Shown here piece by piece: positions 49,527 through 62,449 of a stretch of DNA of 64,000 nt. The position numbers and the translations under genes were made by a program. The number at the start of each line of letters is the position of its first letter. Positions within the stretch are counted from its first letter, which is position 1. The stretch covers positions 513,039 to 577,038 of the forward strand of contig NW_005434631.1 in the NCBI RefSeq assembly GCF_000315625.1. Direction: 5' to 3'. The DNA is from Guillardia theta CCMP2712. Its lineage: Eukaryota > Protista > Cryptophyta. Below the pieces are notes generated by a model. That model did not search any database, was not told where the DNA came from, and saw only the letters and a list, made by a program, of their open reading frames with translations.

Positions 49527-52084
49527 ATGAGCGGGGACGAGGGACACGACGGGTCAAGGCCGGTGGGCCACCAGCTGTGCAGGATGCAGTCGGCGCGAGC
49601 GCTATGGGCGTCCATAGAGACGATGAGAGGAGGAGGAGGAGGAGGAGGAGGCGAGGGAGGAGGAGGAGGAGGCGAGATACAGAGCGGAGGAGAGCATGGA
49701 AGAGGGGCGCAGGAAGAAGGCGTGGAAGGGCAGGGACTTCGAGAAGACGAGGAGGGGACTGGGAAGGAGAGAGAAAGGCTCGAAGCAGAGGTTGAGAACG
49801 GAGATGGTGAACTTGTACGTCACATAGGGAGCAACGGTGACGGGGAGGGAGGGGGAAGGCAGCTGTCTGAAAGATCCCCCATGAAAGAACCAGGGCCGAA
49901 CACAATGGCTTCTGGCGAGAGCCCAAAGTCACCGCGGACAGTCAAAGACACGTCGGGCATATCGTACGTGATGAAGAAGCAGCAGGAGAAGGCTGCTCTG
50001 AGGAAACGATTGGAGAGCGTGGAGGCAGAGCTGAACGAAGCTAAGGGGAAGAACCAAACCATCCTCCTGGAGATGGAGAAACTTCGAAACCGACTGCAAG
50101 CTCGGCACACCGTCCGCGAGTCCTCCGCCAACCAGATAGAGAGTTTGAATGCCGAGGTCGTCCGGCAGGAGGTCTGTGCTGCTTGCCTTGTCCTCCCAGA
50201 CGTTGATGAGCTTGTTAGCAAGAGATCAGGGAGCTGCGGAGAAGAAACGAGCATCTTGACGCACGATTGCGACAGGTGCTGGAGAAGAGTCAGCAGGTAG
50301 GGAGATCCTTCAGATAGCTTCCATGCTGCGAGCTTGACCTTGGAGGGGACAGGACGCAAGGCTCCTTGTCGAAGCGCGGGATGAGTTGGAATGGTGGAAG
50401 CGAATGGACGGGGAAAGGGAGGCGGTGCTGAAGGAGCGGGAGGAGGCAGTGAAGAAGCAAGCGGTGCTGCAGCAGGCGGAGCTGATCCGAGACAAGGAGA
50501 GCGTAGCTGTCTCCCTCTCGAAGCTGCGGACCATGCAGGATTACCTGGTGGTGAGGGAGCACAGGGTGAAGAATTTCTTCGAGAGCTTTCGAGCGAGAGG
50601 TCGCACTACCTGTCCTTTTCCTCTTCGGCCTCTTAGCACCTCTGCAGTCATCTGGCATCGACCTATCCTGAGAATGTGGGCGGAGCTGGCGAAGCTGAAG
50701 AGGGTGAGGAGGAGGAAGAGGAGGGGGGGAGGGGGAAGGGGGGAGTGGAAGGCGGTGGTATCGATGAAGGAGAGGGGCAGGAGGAGGAGGAGGAGGAGGA
50801 GAATCTGCTTGAGATGTGAAATTTCGATGCATATACAGCGAGTTCGTCTGTTTCGAAAGAGGACGCTGGTGACTACCAGAAGTCGCCATGTTCGATTATG
50901 CTTTCATCGATGGTCTCCACTACCATCCTCCTGTCTTGTGCTCACTTCGTCTCCCCACTACCTAGGCAGCTCTCCTGCCCCTCTGCTTTTCCCCTGTCAG
51001 ACGATTGCCTCTTCCTCTCCTCCTTCTTCCTCCTCTCTCCCCTCCTCTCCCCCTGTCTCCGTCCTCATTCCTCCTCCTCCNNNNNNNNNNNNNNNNNNNN
51101 NNNNNNNNNNNNNNNNNNNNNNNNNNNNNNNNNNNNNNNNNNNNNNNNNNNNNNNNNNNNNNNNNNNNNNNNNNNNNNNNCTCCTCCCTCCTACCTCCTT
51201 TCTTACTCCTCCTCCTACTCCTCCTCCTCTTTCGCTCGCTTCTTCTGTGCCTTGGTCTTATCTTCATCCTCCCCCTCTCGTGCTCGCTCTCTCACTTGCC
51301 TTCTTGCTCTCACCTTCCTCACATCCCATGACCTCCTTTACAGCCAGAAGCAGCAGACGCAAGGGAGGCATGCTCGACCAGGAAGATGAAGAAAAGCGAT
51401 CCGATCAAGTCCAGATGACAAGAGTTCAGAGGCGAGGAGGAAGCTGGAGCAGGGAGAGGCAGAGGACGGGGGAAGGAGACAAGTCGAGGCGGGGGGCGGG
51501 GGGAGGAGGGAGAGGGCAGGGGAGGGCAGCACGAGGGAGGGAGAGGAGAGAATGTAAATAATTGTAGATGAAGGGGAAGTAGAAGGAATCGCAACGAGTC
51601 ATTTCAGCTTTACTGTCGAGAAGTTTTGTATCGCAAACAGGGAGGGATAATTGCATGTGACCTTGTCACACATACGAAGATGAAGATGAGGAGGACGGCA
51701 AGTTACTGGGAGCTTGCGAGAGCTTCACGCTGGAGCACACAGACGAGTCAGATATCGTCCTCTCCACCGCACTCCTCCCCCGCACTCCTCCCCCTCCCTT
51801 TCTTCATCCCTACATCTCATCCTCCTCCTCTTCCCTCCTCTCCCCGTTCCTCTCCTCCTCCTCTCATTCCTTCGCCCCCCCTCCCCCCTCCCTTCCCCTC
51901 ACCTGGCTTACGATCGCCTCCAACACAGCTTTGCGGCTCTTGGCGCTCAACTTGCTCTCAGCCCACTTCTCAAGAGCCTGAGAAAGACAGTAAGGAGGAG
52001 GAGGAGGAGGAGGAGGAGGAAGTCAGGCAGGCGACGAGGAGTAGGAGATGAAGCTGGCGGTTGAATGAGGAACAGGAAGAATAG
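49527..52084 (+). CDS. Coiled-coil protein, multi-exon; 3' end approximate
   Basis: KQQEKAALRKRLESVEAELNEAK..; further E/K-rich exons. Confidence 0.55.
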
Positions 52085-53683
52085 TGCGAGGGGAGAAGAG
52101 GTGGAGGAGCTTGTACAACCTCGCCGGGCTCGAAAAAGCCAACGTAGTTTGACGGCGAGATGGCACGTAGGCTGGCGATGACATCTGCAGACATGCTATC
52201 AGCCCCACATCCCCCTTACACTCCCTCCCCCGCTCCTCCTCCCCCGTCCCTCCACCCTCCTCTGCACACAACCGCTCCCTTACTCAGCCTCCCTCCCCTC
52301 CTCCTCCTCCTCCTCCTCACCAGCACCCAGCTTGATCGTGTCGTGCTTCTCCAGCTTGTCAATGAACCTCGTGATGCTCTCTTGCGTCACAGCTGCTCCT
52401 CTCGTCTCCTCCTTCAGCAGCTCGTACGCTCCGTCAACCTGCTCCCTCCTCAGCACTGTCTGGATCGCCTCTGCCGTCACTTCCCAGTGCCCGTTGAGAT
52501 CTGCCGACACGGCCGCCTCGTCCAGCAGCAGCTTGCCAAGGCCCTTGAGCATCGAGTCGAGCGCCACCATGGTGTGGCCCAGGGGGACGCCGACGTTGCG
52601 GGAGACGGTCGAGTCGGTGAGGTCGCGCTGGAGGCGGGAGATGGGGAGCTTGTTGCTGAGGTGCTCCAGGATGGCGTTAGCGATGCCAAAGTTGCCCTCC
52701 GCGTTCTCGAAGTCGATCGGGTTGACCTTGTGGGGCATGGCGGAGGAGCCGATCTCTCCAGCCTTGGTCTTCTGTTTGAAGAGCCCCTGGGAGATGTAAG
52801 TCCAGATGTCGCGGGCGAGGTCGATGAGAATGACGTTGATCCTCCTCGTGCCGTCGAAGAGCGCTGCCATGTTGTCGTAGTGCTCGATCTGCGTCGTGCA
52901 CTGCAAGCGCTGCAGGCCGAGCCCGTCGATGAGAGCATTGCAGAACGCGATCCAGTCACGGTCGGGGTAGGCGACCTTATGGGCATTGAGATTCCCCGTG
53001 GCTCCTCCGAACTTGGAGCAGTGGGGCACAGACTCGAGGTTCTCTACCTGGGACTTGATCCTGTGAACGAAGACCATGATCTCCTTGCCCATGCGCGTCG
53101 GGGATGCTGGCTGCCCGTGGGTGCGGGCGAGGAGGGGCACGTCAGCCCACCTCCTAGCGTACGAGTCGAGCACGCAGAGGACTTGGGCGAGCTTGGGGAG
53201 GTAGACGCTGCGGTAGAAGTTGAGGATCATGAGGGGGTAGCAGGTGTTGTTGATGTCCTGCGAGGTAAGGCCGAAGTGGACGAACTCCTTGACCTTGGTC
53301 AGCTTCTCCATCCCAGGCTCCGACGACATTTGCGTCAGCCTCCACTTGATGAAGTACTCCACAGCCTTCACGTCGTGGTTGGTGGCGAGGGGTGGCCCCC
53401 CCTCCGCTCCTCCCTTGAACTCCGTCTGCTTCACCCACTCTGCGTCCTTGTCCGCGAAGTTGAGGTATATACCTCGGAGCTTCTCGAGGAGAGTTGGGCT
53501 GGGCTGGACCTCGGCGAGCTGGGGGAGGGGAGGCTGCATGGAGAGCAGCGCGATGAAGTACTCGATCTCAACATGCACGCGGTACTTGATGTAGGCGAAC
53601 TCAGAGAAATGGTCTGAAACCTGCTGGAGGCGGTTGCGATATCGCCCGTCCAGGGGCCCAATGGCGTGCAGCTGTGTCGACAT
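51970..53683 (-). CDS. purB: Adenylosuccinate lyase (E. coli PurB-type); may have additional 5' exons; C-terminal end approximate
   Basis: IGPLDGRY, TNHDVKAVEY, HFGLTSQDINN, ARTHGQPASPT, GSSAMPHKVNPIDFENAEGN, SRLQRDLTDS; last exon LRAISPSNYVG. Confidence 0.96.
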
Positions 53684-54889
53684 CCTTCTGTCCAAACAGG
53701 AGGCGTCAGGGGCAGCAGGCACGAGGGAGAAGAGGAGGAGGAGGAGGGGCAAGAGCAGGGCCTCCTGGGACCCGCGACTCTGCTGTATCCTCATCCTCCT
53801 GACTAGTCGCTAACACCCATCCCTGGACCCTCTCTGCTCCAGCAATCTCCTTCGTTGTCTGATCAAAGAAGAGAACATAAGGCAACCAACAGCTGCTCAA
53901 CAGACCCTACAGTAGTACCCCGTTCACCTGCACTCTGCCGCACTACAGAACCTCGTCACCAGCTCCCCAAATGGGTTTGCTGCTGTGACTGATACCTACA
54001 ATGAGCGGATTGAAGGAAGGGGATCAGGTGGCAAGGAACAGCGGAGCAAAGGGGAAGATAGAAGAAGAAAGTGGATGAAGAGGATTCCAGCCTTCTCTCT
54101 TGCTCCTGCACTCCCTCCTCCTCTGTCAAAGTCGTAGCCCCTTCCAGATATCTCCACCTCTTGATTCGTTGTCTGCTCACAAATGCACTATCACTCAGCT
54201 CCCTTACTGCTGATGCTGATGCTGATGCTGATGCTGATGCTGATGCTCCTACTACTACGAAAATGACAATCACTGCTGATGCTGACTTTAGAATCCAACT
54301 CGAGATCCTGGTTCTCCCCCTCACCTCACCCCGCTGAACTTCCTTACTTCACCAGCTCATGTCAATCCTGCCCGACCCATCGCTCATCATGCGTGCCTTG
54401 CTTCTGCTGCTGATGAACTCTCGTCTCACTTCCTCCCTCCCCCCNNNNNNNNNNNNNNNNNNNNNNNNNNNNNNNNNNNNNNNNNNNNNNNNNNNNNNNN
54501 NNNNNNNNNNNNNNNNNNNNNNNNNNNNNNNNNNNNNNNNNNNNTACTACTCTCTCTCTCTCCCCTCCCCACCCCCCTCCCCCTCCTCCTCCTCCTCCTC
54601 CTCCCTTGCCCCTCCTCCTCCTCCTCCCTTGCCCCTCCTCCCTCTTTCTTTCTCCATTAGCAACCTCTTTCTCTTTTTCTATTTTTTTTGCCTTTGATCC
54701 CCACCCCACCCCCGCTTGACGACAATTTGGGTGGGATGTCAAGGGGTGAAAGACTACCCCTTTTACAGGTACCCCTGTTTCGACTTACTACCACCTCCAC
54801 CCCATCATCTTCCTAGATTCCCATGGGTACTAAAACCCCACCCCACCCTCACCTGCAACACTTCACGTGCAACCACAGTGAGTAGTTTG

Positions 54890-56050
54890 TGGGCCGCCCC
54901 GGGCCGGCCGGGCCCCGGGGGTGACTCCAGCAGCCGGGGTCCGGGGCGGCCGGGCCGCCGCTAGTGTCGGACGGTCACGGCCGGGTACGGTCAGAGCCAC
55001 GGTCTGTCAGGGTCCGGGGAGTCGGATCAGCGGATCGGACCGTCAGTGCCCACTTTGCCGTTCAGTGACCGGGCCGGCACTCCGCTGAGTGCCGGGCCCC
55101 GGGCGGCCCGGGGTGCAACCGAACTGAGGCGCCGGCCCGCGTGGCAGTGGCGGGGGACCGGGCTCGGAACGCGGCCGGGCCGGGCGCCCCCGGGCGCCCC
55201 CGGGCGGCGGGGACCGTCCGATCAGTCGGTGAGGCTGCCGGCCCTGGCACTGAGGCGGCCCGGTGAGGCGGCCGGAGGCTCAGCGGCCGGAGGCCCCCGC
55301 ACGGGCAGGCTGCCCGGCTCGGGCGCCCCCGGCGCCGCGCGGCCGGCCCGGCCGGGCGGTCGCCCGGGCCCGTGGTGACCGTACCGGGCCCCGGTGAGTC
55401 ACGCCGGGTCACGCCGGGTCCGGGCCCCGGGCCCGGGCCGAACCGTCCCGGCGCGGCCGGCATGCCGGCCCTGAGTGCCGGGGATGATGCCGCGTGCGAT
55501 CCGGCGTCACCGCGTCACCGGCGCCGCGAGCGCCAGGGCCCGCCGGCCCCCGGCGTTGTCACTGTGTACGCCGGTCCCGGCCGGAGTCCGCGCGGCCGGC
55601 CCCGGCCCGAGTCACGAGTCAAGTCACCTCGAGTCCGACGCCCCGCCGCGCGCCGGGCCCGTTCGGCCCGCGGCGAGGCCCTGGCTGATCGGGCTCGGAC
55701 GGATCCGATCGGATTGGACCGTACTGCCGGCGGCCCGGCCGCCAGCAGTACCCGTGACCCGGCATACTCACTGATAGTAGGCCGGCAGCGGCAGTCACCG
55801 TGACCTGACTCGGCCGGCCCGGCCGAGTCAGGTCACGGGGGCACTGAGCCGCGCGGCCCGGCCCCGGTGCACCAGCCGGCCGCTACTAGCCCCGGCGGCT
55901 TGCCCCCTGGGTACTACCCGGGACCGTTACACAGTTTCGTTAGTTGAACTTCGGAACTTGACAGAAACTTCAAAGTTGCCTCTGCGAGGATATTCGGAAG
56001 TTCGGCCCGGAGTTCCGAAGCCGCACCGGCCCGGCCGACGGTGAAGTTCC
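54890..56050. other. Large GC-rich palindrome-dense non-coding island
   Basis: Dense GGCC/CCGG/CCCGGG words; perfect 20-bp inverted repeat at 55798-55838. Confidence 0.8.
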
Positions 56051-56348
56051 GGACGTCATAACCACCCCTCCTTCGAATTGGACTAGAGGGGGTGGGAGTC
56101 TCATCCGAACTACAAGAGCTCACTCAGCGGCTGCTGCGACCGCAACTTCAAGAAGCTTTCAGGGTAGGGTGGTCATCGGAGGATAAGGGGGGATATAGGG
56201 GTAGTGATTGGGATAAGAGGGGGTACTGGGATAGTTCGGATTGCGCGAAGGATAACGTGGGGTCCAGTTGACATACGGAGCAATTCATGTTTTAAAAACT
56301 GCCACTTTTATCCTGCGGCCACAAAGTTCGATTTTGATTCAGTTTATA

Positions 56349-56391
56349 TGAATTTATGTGAATTTATGTGAATTTATGTGAATTTATATGA
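56349..56391. repeat. 10-bp tandem repeat (TGAATTTATG), about 4 copies
   Basis: Seen directly. Confidence 0.8.
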
Positions 56392-57971
56392 TTTATTTTC
56401 TGTCGGATCGGTGATCCGTAACGATTTTGCAATTATAAAATTAAAACGCACGGTCACTTTTATAAAAGTACTGACTTGTCCTGAAATCCAGGGGTGGTCT
56501 TTAGTTAGGGGGCAGTCGAGGAAGTAGTGAAAATTGAGGGTGGGGTAGTTGCTACATGGAAGGAACTCTGGGGTATGTCATCACTAATCTTCCGCTAAGT
56601 CATCAGTCTAGATGATGTGCAATATTTCATTTACTGCTCCTATAAAATCTTTAGACATTGCTGGGTATGGTTGCCTCTTTCCTCACCGCTATTTCGGGTT
56701 GTGTGCAATTGGGGACGATGAGACTCCGGGTGGTTGATTTTGGTTTCAGATCAAGGGGTGGGTCCGATGACCCCCGTCGTCCACCGACATAATTGTCAGT
56801 TGGGAAGGGTGGGTATAGAGGAGGATCAGGGGTCCGACCGGGTTTGAGAAGGGGTGAGGTTGAAGTTTGGGGAATGTCTTGTCAGGGGTGTTTTGATAAG
56901 GGGGGTAGTGGGGTGGTATGAGGAAGAAACAATGTTACAATGGTGGGTACTAATGCTGGAAATAATAAGGGGTTATCCAGGGGATCTTAGCTATGGCAGC
57001 CATGGGTGGGGTCCTGTTGTAACGAAATGTTTCTGTGTCCAGGGTGGGTAGTTAAGGTAAAATCGATCGGTAAGGCTGGTGGGTCTCGGGTGACAAAAGC
57101 ATCTCGAAGGGGGGGGGGGTCAGGGTGGTAGGGTACGGGTCCGAGAAATTTCCAAGGGTGGGGGCACAGTTAAATGGTCATGTCACTTCATGGGTAGGGT
57201 ACTTATTGTTGTCGAATGTAGGGGTGGATGACCAAAGTTGGGGTACTCATGGAGCTTGACTGGGGTACTGATGTTAAAATACATGGTGCAATGATTTTAT
57301 GGGTGGGTACCTCAATGTTGGTTGTGAGTGGGGTAGGTACGAGATTCTTCTAGGGTAGGTAGGAATAGCAGGGGGTGGGGAAAGTGGGGTAGCACAAGGA
57401 GGGTCCGGCATTGTGGGCAGCGAAAGGGAGAGAGGCGGGAGGATAGAATGGAAGGAAAAATGAGGGGATTGGGTTGGAAGGCACGAGTAGAAGATGAACA
57501 TGCAGAGTCATGTTGAGGATCGAGACAGAGGAGGAGGAAATGACGTCGGGAGAGAGTCGTGGAGATGGGTTTCATTGCATTGTAGCTTACGGCTGGGACG
57601 AGCAGTGGTCTGGGGGCGGTAGGTAGAGCGTTTCAAACAGACATGTCTGACAGCAGCATGGGAGGAGTTGAATGAGTAGTCTGTCGATGATTGTTTTCTC
57701 TTTGTCTGTTTCCAAGAGTCTCGATCCCTTGAAACGTGTCTGCGGATGAGAATCCTCGCAGCATGCCCGAAGTCTCGATTCGTACCTTGTCGTTCTTGTC
57801 CCCCATTGCTTCCTCAAGGGTCTTATACTGGTGTCGCAGGGGATCTTGATTGATGGAAAAGTGTTTTGGTATCTCTTTCTGAGCATCTCAGCCTAGCCTG
57901 TCTGATTCGTCCATGAATCGTGCTTGAGAGTTCGACATCTTGTTCTCTTGACCTCGGAGAAGATCGGCACG

Positions 57972-60313
57972 ATGTCGGTGGCCAGCACTCCCCGGATGTT
58001 CTCGCCCTACTATGACGATGAGACTGTGATGGAAATGTCCTTGAGGAACAAGATCCTTCAGCAAACCCTTGCGGAGAAGACGGCCGAGATCGAGCGGCTG
58101 AAACTCAACTGTACGCAGCTAGCTGGCAAGTATTCCAGAGCCACGAAGTATGTAGAAGAGTGTGAAGTGATCCACTCGGTTTTTGAGCTGGCATTGGATA
58201 CCATGGTGAAGCTATTGTCCAGTGCTCTAGATCGAGTCCAGAGGCAGCAAGGTGCCGAGAAGCTCCTGTCTAGCACAGGGTTGAAGTGCCGGGAGGATGC
58301 GCTAAAGGCGTCACTGATGAGCTTGGAGCAGCAGAGGGAGGAGCAGGAGAAGAGGATCGCGCTGTTCGAAGAAGAGATCCAGCGATTGAAGAAGGAGGTG
58401 GAGGATCGAGATGCTGAATATCAGAACCTCGCCAAGCATTTCAAAACGCTAGGCGAGATGGATCGCCGGTGGCATGTCAAGGTGTGTATGGACAAGGGGG
58501 GCTTGTTCAGGGAGGAAGAGTGCAACAACTACATGAAGTGGCTTGCTCCCTTCGCCCCGCCAGTTGACCTCAACCACGAGCCCATCGCTGATGAGCTTGT
58601 GGATGTGTACGGGGTCGGCCTCAAGTTGTCCAACACTGCACCCTTTGAGATTCTAGGGAGCCACCCGGACGCGCGGGAAGCGAACGGCCTGCCCTTCATT
58701 CCATGGCAGGGAGATGTGTTACTAGCCGTGGATGGAGTCTCGGTGGAGAGGCTGACGAAGGAGGATGTTGCCGGATTAATCTGTGGGCCGAAGAACAGCA
58801 TCGTTGTGCTTCAAGTGCTGAGGCAGTTTACCTACATGTCCGAGCAGAAGTCGAAAGTTTTCCGGTTGGTGAGGAAGGAGCTGAAGGAACGAGTGGAGAT
58901 GCTCAAAGCCCGGGCTCCTCCAAGATTCGTTCTGAATGGGAAGGGACATGGGAAGAGGAAGTACGAGCACTACTTCCCCCCAACAGGGAGCATGGTGAGA
59001 TGCGTATCGTCTGTTCTGCCTGTTTTCCTTCTCTGACTCGTGATATCGTCAGCGCATTGGAGATAAGGAAGTTTGGAAGAGCTTGCTCCTGCGGGGAAAA
59101 CCTCTTTCTGACGATTCAGACCCCAGCGTGTTCAACTTCGATGGGCACATCCTTCATCAGCCGACGTACATCCATGACGGCGACTTCAAGACCTGCACTG
59201 TGTGGGATGTGGAGACAGGAGACGTCTACTATCGAGGCCCTCCAGGCCCTTCTCTTACAGAGGAGGACGTGTTGGAGTTCAAACAAGAAGAGGAGAGGAG
59301 GGAGAGGGAGGGCCGGGAGCAGAAGGAGCATCTCCTCGCGCTGGAGATCGAGACGAAGGCGAAGATAGAGTTCCTGGCAAAGAAGGAGGCCCAAGCCATC
59401 CTGGAGGTTGGAGATTCCTTTGATGTTGCTTGCTTGCCTCGCTTACTTGCGCTGTGGCAGTATGAACGTGAGCGACAAACGAGAGAGGCACTTGTGAAGG
59501 AAGCGATCGTCAAGTTGGAGCAGGAAGAGCAGAGTTTGACTCAGCGAGCGAACGGGCCCGTGCAGCAGGAGAGCGCAATTCAAGCGCAGCCTACGGGCAG
59601 GAGCCAGAACTTGAGTGGCCCTGACGGGACAGAGCAGAGCGTGGCTCCCGAGTCTCACAAGGACCAGGAGCCTAGCGGAGGGGAGACGCAGGTGTAGCAG
59701 CCGTGCTGGTGCTAGAAGGGCCTGACATGCTGCATCGTGAGGTTGAGACCGCAACTCAGGATAGCGCCAACGACGAGCTCAGGGATGAGATTCAAGTGTT
59801 CCAAGAGGCGCAGGTGTCCTCCCCCTTCCCCCCGGCCCTCTCCACCTCCCCTCCTCCGTCTCCTCATCTTGTCTGTCTTTGTCTTAATCCTCCTCCCTCT
59901 CTTCACCCTCCTCCCTCTCGTCCCTCTCTCACCCTCCTCCCTCTCTCAGCCTCCTCTCTCTCCGTTCTTACTTTCTGCAGTACGCGGCAATGAAAGCGCT
60001 GGAACATCTTTCACTCTATAAGGTTGATCCCCTCTCCCTCTCCTCTCTCCCTCTCCCTCTCCCTCTCCTCTCTCCCTCTCCTCTCTCTTTTCCTGGCTTC
60101 TCTCCTCGCTCCTATACTCTCGCCTCCCAATTCTCCTCTCCTCTCCTCTCCTCATTGCTCATCCTCGTCCATCAGGCAACTCGAGAAGCAGCTGACTCGG
60201 CCGACTCATGCCCGATGCAAGCCGGAAGGGACTCGGACGGAGGCAGGAGTGGCGACGAGATTGTTGTGCCCAAGTTGAACTTTCTCTCCATCAACGGTAT
60301 CACGTCAGATTGA
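57972..60313 (+). CDS. Coiled-coil plus PDZ-domain protein, multi-exon
   Basis: YGVGLKL..GDVLLAVDGVSVERLTKEDVAGLICGPKNSIVVLQVLR after a long coiled coil. Confidence 0.78.
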
Positions 60314-60576
60314 GCAGACGGACAAGGAAAGAGGTTGGGGAGATATGCATCGACGAGGAGGCCAGAATTCAATGGGCAAGTGTGTGTGTGGGTATGTGGT
60401 GGGGCAGACAACAAGACAGCAGGGTGGAGATGGCTAGCGAGGAGGAGGAGAAGGAGGAAGAGCGGGCGATGGAGAAGAGGAGGAGCAGGGCAATGAGGTG
60501 TACCAAAGCATGTCGTGTAACGTGTAACATTCAAAAACTTAAATTCGAAGGAGAATTAACAATCAATAAACTCAGT

Positions 60577-61805
60577 TCAGTCCAGCAAGGCGTCGTAATG
60601 GTTCGACCCGTTGTACAGGATGCGGATCGAGGGCCTCTCCTTGGTGTACTTCGCCCCGTACTGCACTATGGCCTTGAAGCCTCCCTGATCCCTCCCCGTC
60701 AGTCACCACCCCCAGCTCGCCTCCAGGAGGCGCAAGCTCATCACCTGCTGGGGCACGTAGACGGTAATGGGGCGTCGGAGTTCCTCGGCGAGGACGAACA
60801 GCTCGGGTTCTCCTCCGAAGAAGTTGGGAGACTTCATGTTAGCGCAGTACCTGCGACAAGTCAGGGGAGGATCCCGAAAATTCTCCTGCTCCTCCCTCCT
60901 CTGCCCTCCTCTGCCCTGCCCTGCCCTGCCCTGCCCTGCCCTGCCCTCCTCACCCTCACTTCAGCTTCCTGCTCCCTCTTTCCCTCCTGTTCCCTCTCAC
61001 CCTCCCTCTCTTACTGCTTCATGTCGCCTTCGATCACACGCGCCTGCTCGAACGCTTGTCTCTTGTCGACGCAGATCACCTTGACAGCGGCAGTGAGCGA
61101 CAGCGAGTGATGGGGGAACCCTATAGGGAGGAGGGAGGAAGGAGGAGGGAGGAGGATGAAAGAAGAGGAGGGGGCAAAGTGGAGATCGAGCAACTGGAGG
61201 GGGAGGGAGCAGCGTTCAGGTACCTGCCATGCAGCCTTGCGGAGGAAGTCGGCGTCTTGGGTTTCATAGTTATCTGAGAGAGGACGTTTCTCCGCATGCG
61301 CAAGGGCCCTAAGGTCATCAATCAGCAAAGCCAACATCAACCATCATCCTTCTGCCCTGCTTGCCTGGCGCTGACCGCCTCCCCTCGTCCCCCCCCTCCC
61401 CCTCGCCCCAGGTTATCGATCGATCCCCCATTACCCCATCTCTCCTCCCCCCTGCCCTCGCTCTCGTCTACCTGGCAATCGCGCGAAACATGCACCTCCC
61501 ATCGCCCTTGATGGGATAGACTTTCAGCACCTGCGCGACTTGTAAGCACGTTCCTCCTGCTGGTGGAGGGAGAGGTAGCAGAGAAGCAACCGGGGAGATT
61601 CAGAGGGGAGAAAGATGGGGGGAGGGGAGGAGGAGGGCGGGGCGGGGGGAGACGGGGCGAAGGGGAGGGAGAGGATTTGAAAGGAAGGGTTGAAAGGAGG
61701 AGGGATACCGTTGTTCCTCCTGCCCGCATGTGTCCTGATCCTTCTTGCTGCTGTTGCGGTCCCTGCATAAGAGCCTTCGAGGGTGATCAGTAACAAGAAA
61801 AGGAA

Positions 61806-61837
<32 letters not shown>

Positions 61838-62449
61838 GGAGGAGGAGGAGGATGAGGATGAGCAGCTCACAGGAGCAGCGTCGGCAAGCAGCTGCCGAGA
61901 GTTCCGAATCCTTGGCCAGGAGGAGAGAGCAGTTTTGAACCCCTGGAAGACAACGGTGAGAACGTTGAGACGATCGAGCAGACGAGAATGACGCACGATG
62001 GGAAGGGAGGAGAAAAGGAATCGAGAGAAAGACAGAGGAGCAGATAGGGGCACGGCAGAGAGTCAGAGGACAAGAGGCAATGGAAGAAGATAGGAAATCG
62101 AGGAGAAGGGATTGGGGAAGGAAGGAAGAAACCTCGAAAGCGGAGCATGCTTTGGATAAAAATCCGTTCCTATGGTTATCCTCGATGACATGTCCGCTAA
62201 CAATCTCGTTGGACGTGTGGCGGATGGTGATCGGAGATTGAGGAAAAGAAGCTGGCAAAGACAAGAGACGGTCAAGCCTCACACAACCATTCATCCCTGC
62301 CCCTGCCCCTGCCCCTGCCCCTGCCCCTGCCCCTCCTGCTTCTGCTCCTTCCCACCCCCAGCTCTTGCTCCTGCGCCAGCACCTCCTCCTCTACCTGTGC
62401 ATCCCTGAACAGCCAGGAAGCATAGAGCCGCGATTCTGAGATGTCCCAT
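60577..62449 (-). CDS. OTU-domain cysteine protease / deubiquitinase (plant OTU3/OTU4-like), multi-exon; start tentative
   Basis: Manual splicing: PIKGDGRCMFRAIAR|ALAHAEKR..DADFLRKAAWQ|..IEGDMKQ|YCANMKSPNFFGGEPELFVLAEELRRPITVY|..IRILYNGSNHYDALLD*. Confidence 0.9.

Noticed and set aside
55046-55803. Pro/Gly/Arg/Ala-rich ORFs in the GC island
   Set aside because: Stop-codon scarcity in very GC-rich palindromic DNA; open on both strands, no domain
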